A DNA stretch of 64,000 nt, taken from Methanobacteriota archaeon. GTDB taxonomy: Archaea; Thermoplasmatota; E2; DHVEG-1. Below are positions 20,695 to 29,675 of this stretch, piece after piece. The stretch's first letter is position 1; the number at the start of each line of letters is the position of its first letter. The notes beneath the pieces are model-generated. The model was not told where the DNA came from. It saw nothing but the letters and a program-made list of their open reading frames with translations, and made no database searches. The stretch lies in assembly GCA_963769885.1 (NCBI GenBank), contig CAVYNH010000006.1:96001-160000 (forward strand), given 5' to 3'. Position numbers and translations under genes: made by a program.

Positions 20695-21115
20695 GGGAGG
20701 GTAATATCAGGAGGAGAGTATTTATGCATTTCGTTTTGCGTGGCGGTTCTGCCATGCATAAGGCGAAGGCTTTATATAGTGTTGGTGATATGCAGGTATT
20801 GCCAAGCAGAAGTGCTAGGCAAAACGTAGTGGTGCGAGGGAACCTAATGACCATGACGAATTCCTCCGTCTCCGGATCTTCTGAACACCCTTGTGGGGGA
20901 GCGCATTCTCCTCGTCCGTCCTCTCCTCTCTTCCTCCACATCCCTCCCCACTCCCATCCTCTCTCCGGCTTTTTTCATCCTTCCTATACGAGGGGGTACC
21001 GCTCCCGGTAAAAAAACCGCATCCGCCTCCTTCTTTTCCCCGGTACCTCCCCCAACACCTCCAGAGGAAACCAGAATTATAAAAGAAAACCTTATAATAA
21101 TCAGGACGCCTATTA

Positions 21116-22393
21116 ATGTCTGATATGCGCCGCGCCCTTCTCCTCGTCTGCATCCTGACCCTGCTCCTCTCCTCCGCGCCCCTCGCCCGCCCGGTCCCCG
21201 CCCAGCCCATCGCCGGCTCAAAGCTCGCCGCAGTCCTCGACAAGATCACCCCCGCCCTCCTCACCGGGTACCTCACCAGCCTCGTCTCCTACGGCCCCCG
21301 CGTCAGCGGCACCTACGGCTGCCTGCTCGCCGGCGCCTACATCAATGATCAGTTCACCAGCATGGGCCTCGCCACCCGCTTCATTAACTACTCCGCATGG
21401 GGCAACAGGTACAACTTCCACCACGTCACCGACCGCGACGTCGAAGCCACCCTCCCCGGCACCAATACTGATGATCACAGCGTCCTCCTCTTCAACGCGC
21501 ACTTCGACAACGCCCACTTGTCGGTGGGCGCCAACGACGACGGCACGGGCGCCGCCGCGGTCCTCGCCGCCGCCTACGCCCTCAGCCACTTCACCTTCAA
21601 CCGCACCATCCGCTTCGTCGAATTCTCCGGCGAAGAACAAGGGCTCCTCGGCAGCCGCGCCTACCTCAAAGAGATCTACCCCCGCGGCGACGACGTCCTC
21701 CTCGACGTCGACGCGGACATGATCGGCCACGCAGTAACGACTGCGGGCGCACACGCCGCCCGCCTCAGCGTCACCGAGGACACCGGCTTCGCCACCACCA
21801 CCTTCCAGATCGTCAACGCCGGCTACATCGACTTCAATATCACCACCCATAACATCACCCGGATCACGAAGGACTTCGGCGGCAGTGACTACAGCGCCTT
21901 CGTCAACGACGGCTACGAGGCCGTCGCCTGCTGGGAGGCTGAGCACGACCCCAACATGCACACCCCGGCCGACAACCTCAGCAACGTCAACATCCCGTAC
22001 CTCGTCAACTACACCAAGCTGATCGCCGGCAGCCTCGCCCTCCTCGCCGACGCCGACCCCGTCCCTCCCCAGGTCCGCCTCGTCTCCCCAGCGCAGGGCA
22101 CCCTCAGCATCCACAGCCGGCTCATCAAAAACATCGACGAGCGGAAGACCATCTGCCTCAACGACGTCTGGCTCTGGGCCGAGGTCTTCCACCCCTCGCA
22201 ACCGATCCTGCGCGTTGATTTCTACATGGACAACAAGCTCGCCTATTCAGACACGACTCCTCCCTACAACTGGCATCTGGAGAGGCTCTCCATCCGAAAG
22301 CATACCATCACGGTGATCGCCTACGATTCCCAGGGTCGGACCACCTCAGACATCCGGGAGATCCACTACGTTAACCTCTTACGAAAAAAGTGA
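21116..22393 (+). CDS. Secreted M28 family metallopeptidase with C-terminal Ig-like module
   Basis: NAHFDN, GANDDGTG, FSGEEQGLLGS, DADMIG, SDYSAF, MHTPADN. Confidence 0.92.
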   Translation: MSDMRRALLLVCILTLLLSSAPLARPVPAQPIAGSKLAAVLDKITPALLTGYLTSLVSYGPRVSGTYGCLLAGAYINDQFTSMGLATRFINYSAWGNRYNFHHVTDRDVEATLPGTNTDDHSVLLFNAHFDNAHLSVGANDDGTGAAAVLAAAYALSHFTFNRTIRFVEFSGEEQGLLGSRAYLKEIYPRGDDVLLDVDADMIGHAVTTAGAHAARLSVTEDTGFATTTFQIVNAGYIDFNITTHNITRITKDFGGSDYSAFVNDGYEAVACWEAEHDPNMHTPADNLSNVNIPYLVNYTKLIAGSLALLADADPVPPQVRLVSPAQGTLSIHSRLIKNIDERKTICLNDVWLWAEVFHPSQPILRVDFYMDNKLAYSDTTPPYNWHLERLSIRKHTITVIAYDSQGRTTSDIREIHYVNLLRKK

Positions 22394-22442
22394 GGCTTCC
22401 ACCGTAAAAAACAATCCCCCCTTATGTCCTATTTTTAAACCT

Positions 22443-23876
22443 CTAAGAAGAACCATACAGCCGCATTAGTATGTTCCTCCAGAGAGGGGGGCAGTCCGGA
22501 GACGGCCGGACAGTAAACTTCACAGAGAAGGAAGGCAGGATCATAATCTTGGTTGTATAATCAATATGGAGGTAATGGTTCCGACCGGAGATGATTATCC
22601 CCAGGCCCTCCGGGGGGAAAATCCAGTCCACGTCAGTGGACATATACTTCACGCGACTTGGGATAAACCGCATCGGGGTGTTCGTCCCTCTCCCGTCAGT
22701 TAAGGTGGTGATGTGGCCGTTCTGCTCCACGGTCGCGTTCGCCACCCCTGCCACGAGGAAGTTGCCGAGCTCAAACGGCCCGGTCTTGAAGTACATCTTT
22801 GTGATATTGGTAGTGCTCCGGAAGAAGACCTGGAGTTTCATCGAGCCTTTCCCTGCATCAATCTCGAAATCCATCGGCAGGTACGCATCGCGGTCGCCGA
22901 GATACTGATCGCGAAGGATCCGGGTAGTGATATCCCCAAACTCCCAGTAGCTCGTCCCGTCGGTTACAATCAAGAGAGCAGCGGACGGACCGTCCTTCAC
23001 GGTCAAGGCCGTCGCCCGAAAGAGGATCATGCTCCATCCGCACGGAAACCCGATCCAAATCCAGTCATAGCCGACGATACTGTCGGTACTTGAGTGATAA
23101 AAGGTCCAGTCGATGAGCCCGTTTTGCAGGTATTGCATGAAGATCCATTTCGACAGTTCGCAGTATAAGGTACCCGCCTTCACCGCATTCTGAAGACCAA
23201 GACCCCGGAAGAACGTGTCATAGAAATGGGCGTCGGCGAACTGGTGCTCCATGTACCCGATGCCGGTGACGTTCTCCGACTGGCCTTGGAACGTGAGCCT
23301 GCCGGCAACCTTCCCCAGCGGCATGAGCCAGTAATGGAAGGTCCCGCTCCCGCACGGGATCGTCCCGTTTACCGCTTCCTGGCCGATGTAGTGCGGCGGG
23401 GCGCTAGCATTGAAGTAGATAGACATGGTGATGTTATTGACGTCGTCGTTGATGAACACCGTATAGTATGGATAGAGGCCGCGGAACGTCGAGTTATAAT
23501 AGGAGAGGTTCACGCAGTTCTTCTCATGGTGGAAGGGACCGGGGTGCGGATCGGCGTGGAGGCAGTCGTAATAGCTACCGGTGTGGCGGTCCCAGCACTC
23601 GATCCGGATGTAGGAAAAGCCGTCGGTGCTGGACCAGTGGCCTGACGACCAGTTCATCTGATAAAAGAACATGATGCAGACATCCCACTGCCCGCCGTCC
23701 TCCAACGTGAGCGTGGTGTACAGCCACCACCATTCGATGCCGCAGGGGAAATGATCGCCCTCGTCCGCGGGCGTCTCACGCGGCTCCGTGATGGTTCCAG
23801 AGTCAGCGTGAATCCCCGGAAACAGAAGAAGGGACAGCAGCAGGAAACCGCAAAAGGCGGCGACAAATCGTTTCAT
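22443..23876 (-). CDS. Secreted AttH/CrtC-like (lipocalin-like) domain protein
   Basis: Signal peptide, DEGDHFPCGIEWWWLY, VTGIGYMEHQF, GYDWIWIGF. Confidence 0.6.
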   Translation of the reverse strand: MKRFVAAFCGFLLLSLLLFPGIHADSGTITEPRETPADEGDHFPCGIEWWWLYTTLTLEDGGQWDVCIMFFYQMNWSSGHWSSTDGFSYIRIECWDRHTGSYYDCLHADPHPGPFHHEKNCVNLSYYNSTFRGLYPYYTVFINDDVNNITMSIYFNASAPPHYIGQEAVNGTIPCGSGTFHYWLMPLGKVAGRLTFQGQSENVTGIGYMEHQFADAHFYDTFFRGLGLQNAVKAGTLYCELSKWIFMQYLQNGLIDWTFYHSSTDSIVGYDWIWIGFPCGWSMILFRATALTVKDGPSAALLIVTDGTSYWEFGDITTRILRDQYLGDRDAYLPMDFEIDAGKGSMKLQVFFRSTTNITKMYFKTGPFELGNFLVAGVANATVEQNGHITTLTDGRGTNTPMRFIPSRVKYMSTDVDWIFPPEGLGIIISGRNHYLHIDYTTKIMILPSFSVKFTVRPSPDCPPLWRNILMRLYGSS

Positions 23877-23965
23877 GGTCTTTCCCCCACTAGACATTCT
23901 CTCACAAGTATTTCAATTTATCTTCATTGATTTTTAATTACACAAGGTTTCAAAAAAAGAAGTAA

Positions 23966-24154
23966 TTATAATCGAATTTCTCGACACATGGCATCGTGAC
24001 CACCCCGCCGTGCAAATGGCGCGTTCGGTCCCAGTCCATACGGCCCCGCCGATTCACCGTCGTCACCTACGGCACCTTCGGACGTACCACCACGGACATC
24101 CGCGACATCCACTGCATCAACCTCCTCCTGCGACACTAAAGGAAATATTTTCAT
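23966..24154 (-). CDS. Small hypothetical peptide (62 aa)
   Basis: ATG preceded by GAAGGTGT, 17 nt downstream of the Zn-ribbon gene on the same strand. Confidence 0.5.
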   Translation of the reverse strand: MKIFPLVSQEEVDAVDVADVRGGTSEGAVGDDGESAGPYGLGPNAPFARRGGHDAMCREIRL

Positions 24155-24171
24155 ACACCTTCATTCGCATC

Positions 24172-24447
24172 TTAAGCGGTTGGATGTAGCCGCAGATCGC
24201 TGACCTTGCCTTGCATCTTTTTCAGAGCTATCGTGATCTTGTCTGCCATCCTTTGATGATCAACACCTATCGATGATTTTCTAGTGAAAAAATCAACATA
24301 AGGCAAGTTGACCTTACCCCATCTCTCTACACTTTCAGAAACAGTATCAAAACAATGACCGCATAACAGATGATCTTGCCCCATTGTCGGATGTCGGTAG
24401 CCTTCGATGATTCCCAGGTTCTTTCCACATTCTTCACATGCTTTCAT
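24172..24447 (-). CDS. Small zinc-ribbon protein
   Basis: CEECGK...LCGHC, GGAGA RBS. Confidence 0.75.
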   Translation of the reverse strand: MKACEECGKNLGIIEGYRHPTMGQDHLLCGHCFDTVSESVERWGKVNLPYVDFFTRKSSIGVDHQRMADKITIALKKMQGKVSDLRLHPTA

Positions 24448-24504
24448 TTTCTTATCTCCAATATACTGTATAGGGGCTGAACGACATCAAATGGCTCACC
24501 AAAA

Positions 24505-24555
24505 AACTCGACAGAATAGTAATATAGTCAGAATAAAATATGCTTTTGTCGAGTT
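24505..24555. promoter_or_regulatory. Inverted repeat in the divergent promoter, candidate operator
   Basis: AACTCGACAGAA (24505-24516) versus TTTTGTCGAGTT (24544-24555), 11/12 match, flanking an AT-rich core. Confidence 0.5.
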
Positions 24556-24558
24556 CGT

Positions 24559-25512
24559 ATGGAAAAGATAGATTTGAAAGATAGGAGAATACTATATGAG
24601 CTTGATGTAGATAGCAGGCAATCGTTTCGAAATATCGGCAGAAAGGTTGGTCTCTCCAAAGATGTGGTGGCCAGTAGAGTCAAAAAATTAAGAGACAGGG
24701 GAGTCATTCTCCGTTTTTTTGCCTACTACGACATCCTCCACTTAGGGTATAATTTTCTAAGATTTTACTTTAAGTTCCAATACGTCACCCCTGAAATTAA
24801 AAAAGAAATTATCAATCACTTCATGAATGATGATCATGTAAACAATCTGTTTTCAACTGAGGGTAGCTACGATTTAGGCGTTTTAATGATGGTGGAAAAC
24901 ATTTCTGATATCTATCCTCTCTGGAGAAAAACCCTCGAGAAATATGGTGATTATTTTTCAACGCAAGTCTTTTCAGCATACATGGGTGAATTAATCTACG
25001 GGCATGGGTTTTTGCTTGAAGGTATCGAAAAACCACAGAGGACTCCCTTACGAAAGAATTTGGGGAAAGTAAAGATTGATGCTCTTGATGTAGAGATATT
25101 AAAATTATTGTCGGTTGATTCAAGAATACCTACAGTTGAGATTGCGAAAAAACTCCAGTCAAATGTGACAACTATTAATTCAAGAATTAACAGACTTGTG
25201 AAGTCGAAAGTCATCCTTGGTTTTTCCGTCGAGCTTGATATGGATAAACTGGGGTATCAAACTTGGAAAGTGGATTTCTTTTTAAGTGAGTATACGAAAT
25301 TAAACCAAATTGTTACCTATTTAGAAAAAAATCCTCTGTTATACTGTGTCGATTATACCATAGGATATGCTGATTTGGAGATAGAAATCAATGTAAGAGA
25401 CAATAGTCAACTCCATGATATTATTGAAGATCTGCATGCAAAATTTCCGAAAATAATTCGGAACTATTCATTTTTCCGCGGTATAAAATTTTATAAATGG
25501 TATAGTTTATAA
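24559..25512 (+). CDS. Lrp/AsnC-family regulator with two tandem HTH+RAM units
   Basis: IDLKDRRILYELDVDSRQS...EGSYDL and IDALDVEILKLLSVDSRIP...IGYADLEIE. AT-rich. Confidence 0.9.
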   Translation: MEKIDLKDRRILYELDVDSRQSFRNIGRKVGLSKDVVASRVKKLRDRGVILRFFAYYDILHLGYNFLRFYFKFQYVTPEIKKEIINHFMNDDHVNNLFSTEGSYDLGVLMMVENISDIYPLWRKTLEKYGDYFSTQVFSAYMGELIYGHGFLLEGIEKPQRTPLRKNLGKVKIDALDVEILKLLSVDSRIPTVEIAKKLQSNVTTINSRINRLVKSKVILGFSVELDMDKLGYQTWKVDFFLSEYTKLNQIVTYLEKNPLLYCVDYTIGYADLEIEINVRDNSQLHDIIEDLHAKFPKIIRNYSFFRGIKFYKWYSL

Positions 25513-25777
25513 TATTAACAATATACTTGAAAACGAAAATGTGGTACGAGCACTGACACGGTTTTAGAACTACTGTTTGTGTGTCAGAATAGGGGATCCA
25601 CGGTGACTGTCCTATTGCACGTATTTCCGTATGTCGAGATCGATTGATATCCACATCAAACACCCTACGACCTCCAAGGATTCTCTATGAATTGACCCCA
25701 ACAAAGGATACATGAATTTTCTCCTTAGCTTTTCCACCCCACCTATTTTTAAAGGGACGTCTCGTTGACATACAACT

Positions 25778-27733
25778 ATGGTACGAGGACTCGCCGCCCT
25801 CGACGTCTACACCATCACCACCGAGCTCCAAAGCCTCCTCGGCTCCTACATCGAAAAGGTGTACCAGCTTGCCCCAGACACCCTTCTCCTCAAAACCAAG
25901 ACCCCCAAAGCCGGCGCGGACCAACTCTTCATCCGCAACCAAAACTTGCTCTGCCTCACCAGCCGCCGCTTCGACACCCCCGAGACACCCAGCGTCTTCG
26001 CCATGACCCTCCGCAAGTACCTCCAAGGCGGACGCATCACCCAGATCATCCAACACCAACTCGACCGGATCCTCATCCTCACCATCACCAAAGGCGACCA
26101 GCCCTACCGCCTCATCCTCGAACTCTTCACCCACGGCAACATCATCCTCACCACCCCAGACGACACCATCATCCGCCCCCTCCTCCAACAAACCTGGGCG
26201 AAACGCATCCTACGCAGCAACCAACCCTACCTCCCCCCACCACCCCAAGCCAACCCCCTCACCCTCACCCAAGAAGCATTCAACGAGATTCTCGCAAAAA
26301 GCACCAAGGACCTCGTCCGGACCCTCGCCATCACCGTCAACCTCAGCGGCCTCTACGCCGAAGAACTCTGCCACCGCGCCGGACTCGACAAAAACACAAA
26401 AATCCCAAGCCTCACACCAGAAGACCGCCAACGACTCTACGCCTGTCTCCAAGAACTTCTAAGGCCCTTCAAAGAAAAGACATTCACGCCAGTCCTCGTG
26501 AAAGAAAACGACGCTATCGTCGATGTCCTGCCGATCCCATTTGAAACCTACAAAGACAAGACCCAAGAACCCATCCCCGAGTTCACCCGCGGCCTCGACG
26601 CCTTCATCAACCAACCCAAAGAAGCCACCCCCGACCAACAAGCCCACACCGCCCTCCACGACCGCCTCACCCGCCAACTCCACCAACAACAACAAACTGC
26701 GTCAACCTTCGAAACCCAGATTGCCATCAAAAAACAAGAAGGAGACCTCATCTACCAACACTACCAACCACTTGAGTTTCTCCTTAAACAAATAGCTGAA
26801 GACATGCGACTCAAGGACAAAACCGCCGCTCTTAATCAAATCCGCAAAAACCCACTCGTCAAATCTTTCATCCCTGAAGCCGACAACCTAAAAGTCACCC
26901 TAAAAGACCAAGCAGAAACCGAACACACCCTCAGCCTCGACTTCCGCAAAACCGCCGCCGCCAACGCCCAGGCCGCCTACCAAGACAGCAAAAAACTCCA
27001 AGAAAAACTCAAAGGCGCAAAAGACGCCATCAAAAAAACCAAACACGACCTCCACACCCTCACCGAAGAAACCACCACCGAAAAACCCAAGAAACCAGTC
27101 CAACAAAAATGGTGGTTCCAACAATACCGCTGGTTCATCACCACCGACGGCAACATCGTCGTCGGCGGCCGCGACGCCCGCACCAACGAACAAATCGTCA
27201 AAAAATACCTCACCGAAGGCGACCGCTACGTCCACGCCGACATCCACGGCGCCCCCAGCGTCATCGTCAAACACACCGACATCCACGGCAACACCATCCC
27301 CATCACCGACCAAACACTAGAACAAGCCTGCATCTTCGCCACCTCCTACAGCAAAGCCTGGAGCCAATACGCCACCGCCCAGGCCTACTGGGTCACCCCC
27401 GAACAAGTCAGCAAAACACCAGAAACCGGCGAATACGTCCCCAAAGGCGCCTTCATCATCCGCGGCAAACGCACCTACCACCAATGCATCCTCCAACTCG
27501 CCATCGGCCTCGCCACCCTCGACGACCACCCCGTCCTCATGGCCGGCCCCCTCGACGCCATCAAAACACACACCAAAAACTACCTCGTCATCACCCCCGG
27601 CACCACCAAAAGACCCACCCTCGCCAAAAAAATCGCAGCCATCCTCCACGTCCCCGTCGATGACGCCGACAGACTCCTCCCACCCGGCAACGCCACCATC
27701 ACCACCCCGCCCAAGGGAGGCAAACCCAAGTGA
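25778..27733 (+). CDS. rqcH: Ribosome quality-control protein RqcH/Rqc2 (NFACT family)
   Basis: FAMTLRKYL, LDRIL, ELFTHGNIIL, WFQQYRWFITTDG...GGRDARTNE, HADIHGAP, QVSKTPETGEYVPKGAFIIRGKR. Confidence 0.93.
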   Translation: MVRGLAALDVYTITTELQSLLGSYIEKVYQLAPDTLLLKTKTPKAGADQLFIRNQNLLCLTSRRFDTPETPSVFAMTLRKYLQGGRITQIIQHQLDRILILTITKGDQPYRLILELFTHGNIILTTPDDTIIRPLLQQTWAKRILRSNQPYLPPPPQANPLTLTQEAFNEILAKSTKDLVRTLAITVNLSGLYAEELCHRAGLDKNTKIPSLTPEDRQRLYACLQELLRPFKEKTFTPVLVKENDAIVDVLPIPFETYKDKTQEPIPEFTRGLDAFINQPKEATPDQQAHTALHDRLTRQLHQQQQTASTFETQIAIKKQEGDLIYQHYQPLEFLLKQIAEDMRLKDKTAALNQIRKNPLVKSFIPEADNLKVTLKDQAETEHTLSLDFRKTAAANAQAAYQDSKKLQEKLKGAKDAIKKTKHDLHTLTEETTTEKPKKPVQQKWWFQQYRWFITTDGNIVVGGRDARTNEQIVKKYLTEGDRYVHADIHGAPSVIVKHTDIHGNTIPITDQTLEQACIFATSYSKAWSQYATAQAYWVTPEQVSKTPETGEYVPKGAFIIRGKRTYHQCILQLAIGLATLDDHPVLMAGPLDAIKTHTKNYLVITPGTTKRPTLAKKIAAILHVPVDDADRLLPPGNATITTPPKGGKPK

Positions 27734-28788
27734 AGATCATCCACCAGAACCCCAAAACCGGCGAGATCAAACTCGTCGCCGAAAACCTCGACGACATCTG
27801 GCACCTCTACAACATCATCCAAGAAGGCGACCTCGTCAGAGCCGTCACCTTCCGAACCGCAGACGACCACAAAGACGACCGCATCCGCGCCGTTAAAACC
27901 GAAAAAAAACGCATGAAACTCGGCATCAAAGTCGAAAAAGTCGCCTTCCACGAATTCAGCAACCGCCTCCGCATCCAAGGAACCATCATCGAAGGAATCC
28001 AAGACCTCGGACAACACCACACCTTCAACGTCGACACCGATATCCTCGAACCCATCACCCTCATCAAAGAACACTGGCGGCCCCACGACCTCCAACGCCT
28101 CCAAGAAGCCGTCAACCAACGCACCGTACCCGTCCTCCTCTTCGTCAGTCTCGACGAGGACACCGCCACCATCGCGGTCCTGCGCCAAAGCGGCGTCCAA
28201 CAGGTCGCCGACATCGACGCCCACCGCAGCGGCAAGATGTACGAAACCAAAGAAATCAGTTCCGAATACTACGACGACATCCTCGGAATCATCAAAACCA
28301 CCAAGGCCCCCGGCGCCCCCCTCGTCGTCATCGGCTCCGGCTTCGCCCGCGAACACCTTATCGACTTCATCAAAAACAAAGACCCCGGCCTCCTCGACTC
28401 CTACGTCAGCTACGCCACCGGCAACGCCGGCATGAACGGCGTCCACGAGGCCATCAAAGCCGGCATCGTCGACAAGCTCACCAAAGAAAACCGCGTCTCC
28501 AAAGAAACCCAGGCAGTCGAACGCCTCCTCGAAGAAGTCAAAAAAGACGGCCTCGCCACCTACGGCCCCAAGGAAGTCGAGAGCGCACTTGAGCAAGGCG
28601 CGGTCGAGACCCTGTTGATTTCGGACGTCTGCATCCGCAGCCGCCAGGGGGAACACCTCCTCGACCTCGCCAGAAAAACAAACAGCGGCTTCCTCATCAT
28701 CAACTCCCTACATGAAGCCGGGAAAAAATTCGAAAGCCTCGGCGGCGTCGCCGCCATCCTGCGCTACAAGCCCACGGCTCAGACGTAG
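27730..28788 (+). CDS. pelA: mRNA surveillance protein pelota
   Basis: ENLDDIWHLYNII, FHEFSNRLRIQG, GQHHTFNV, C-terminal LGGVAAILRY. GTGA overlap with rqcH. Confidence 0.95.
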   Translation: MKIIHQNPKTGEIKLVAENLDDIWHLYNIIQEGDLVRAVTFRTADDHKDDRIRAVKTEKKRMKLGIKVEKVAFHEFSNRLRIQGTIIEGIQDLGQHHTFNVDTDILEPITLIKEHWRPHDLQRLQEAVNQRTVPVLLFVSLDEDTATIAVLRQSGVQQVADIDAHRSGKMYETKEISSEYYDDILGIIKTTKAPGAPLVVIGSGFAREHLIDFIKNKDPGLLDSYVSYATGNAGMNGVHEAIKAGIVDKLTKENRVSKETQAVERLLEEVKKDGLATYGPKEVESALEQGAVETLLISDVCIRSRQGEHLLDLARKTNSGFLIINSLHEAGKKFESLGGVAAILRYKPTAQT

Positions 28789-29534
28789 CGGCCGCAGCCC
28801 GTGCCGATAATCATCGACATGTACGGCGGCGTCCAGTTGCTCGTCTCCGACGGGAAGCCAACAGGCAGGTCATCAAGGCCCGTCCCCGTCATGTTCTCCT
28901 TGAACGTAAAGCTGTAATACGAGTAGTTGACGTCCAGGGTGAAGTGGTTGCCCTTGTCGCGGAACCGAAGCGGGAACCGCTCCCCGATCTTGACGGTCAC
29001 GGTGACGTTGATGGGCTTGTTCGTCCAGCTGGTACTCTTGAACATCGCCTCCAGCCTCTTCTCGGCGTCCTGCGTGTTGTTCGCCTGGATCGTCTTCGGG
29101 GGCATCAACTTCGTCGAGACATTGATAGAAAAGTCCCCCGCCTTCGTCCGCGGCGCGCTCTTGTCAGAAAAGGACGTCGTCTTGTTGTCCGGCGTCTTAA
29201 TCGAAAGCGTCAGGGTGTCGAGGCCGAAGCGGCGTAGCAAGGCCTTGTCGTCGACCCACTGAAGCCTAAACGAAACTGACTTCAGGTTCGCCTGATTAAT
29301 CGTGACGGGTGTCGAAACTCCGGTCCCCTTCGGCGCGTTCCCCTCAATCTGTGACAGGGAGGCGTTCACGGTATGCCACGTGACCGAGTACGTCATCCAC
29401 GTGGATTGCTCTTGACTCGGGGTGGACGGGGGCGTGACCGAGGGCGAATACAGCGCGACCCCGGCGCCCGCAATGAGGAGAATGAAGACACCGACAATGA
29501 TGATGATTTTGTCGTTGCGGCGAAGGGTAATCAT
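28779..29534 (-). CDS. Membrane-anchored hypothetical protein
   Basis: N-terminal TM (DKIIIIVGVFILLIAGAGVALY), beta-rich body, C-terminal WTPPYMSMIIGTGCGRYV. Confidence 0.7.
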   Translation of the reverse strand: MITLRRNDKIIIIVGVFILLIAGAGVALYSPSVTPPSTPSQEQSTWMTYSVTWHTVNASLSQIEGNAPKGTGVSTPVTINQANLKSVSFRLQWVDDKALLRRFGLDTLTLSIKTPDNKTTSFSDKSAPRTKAGDFSINVSTKLMPPKTIQANNTQDAEKRLEAMFKSTSWTNKPINVTVTVKIGERFPLRFRDKGNHFTLDVNYSYYSFTFKENMTGTGLDDLPVGFPSETSNWTPPYMSMIIGTGCGRYV

Positions 29535-29675
29535 ATCGTCACCTACGGGAGGCGGTTTATTTAAAGTCTCTGGAGAGATTTTTGTCTTATTTAGAAGTAT
29601 GTTTAGGGCTTTATTAAATTTTTCCTTGTTTAAATATATATATCCCTGATTTAAATTTTCTAAGGAAGAGCCCGG

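Noticed and set aside
19873-20829. Long antisense and alternate-frame ORFs (also 3198-3989, 21218-22201, 27580-28656, 30897-32129, 33159-34175, 50832-51836)
   Set aside because: Shadows of real genes caused by extreme codon skew. They are low-complexity V/G/D/E or R/P/H sequences with no motifs.
25553-25587. GTTTTAGAACTACTGTTTG resembles a type II CRISPR repeat start and lies within a CTGACAC/GTGTCAG inverted repeat
   Set aside because: Single copy, no spacers and no cas genes. A chance match in AT-rich DNA is likely.
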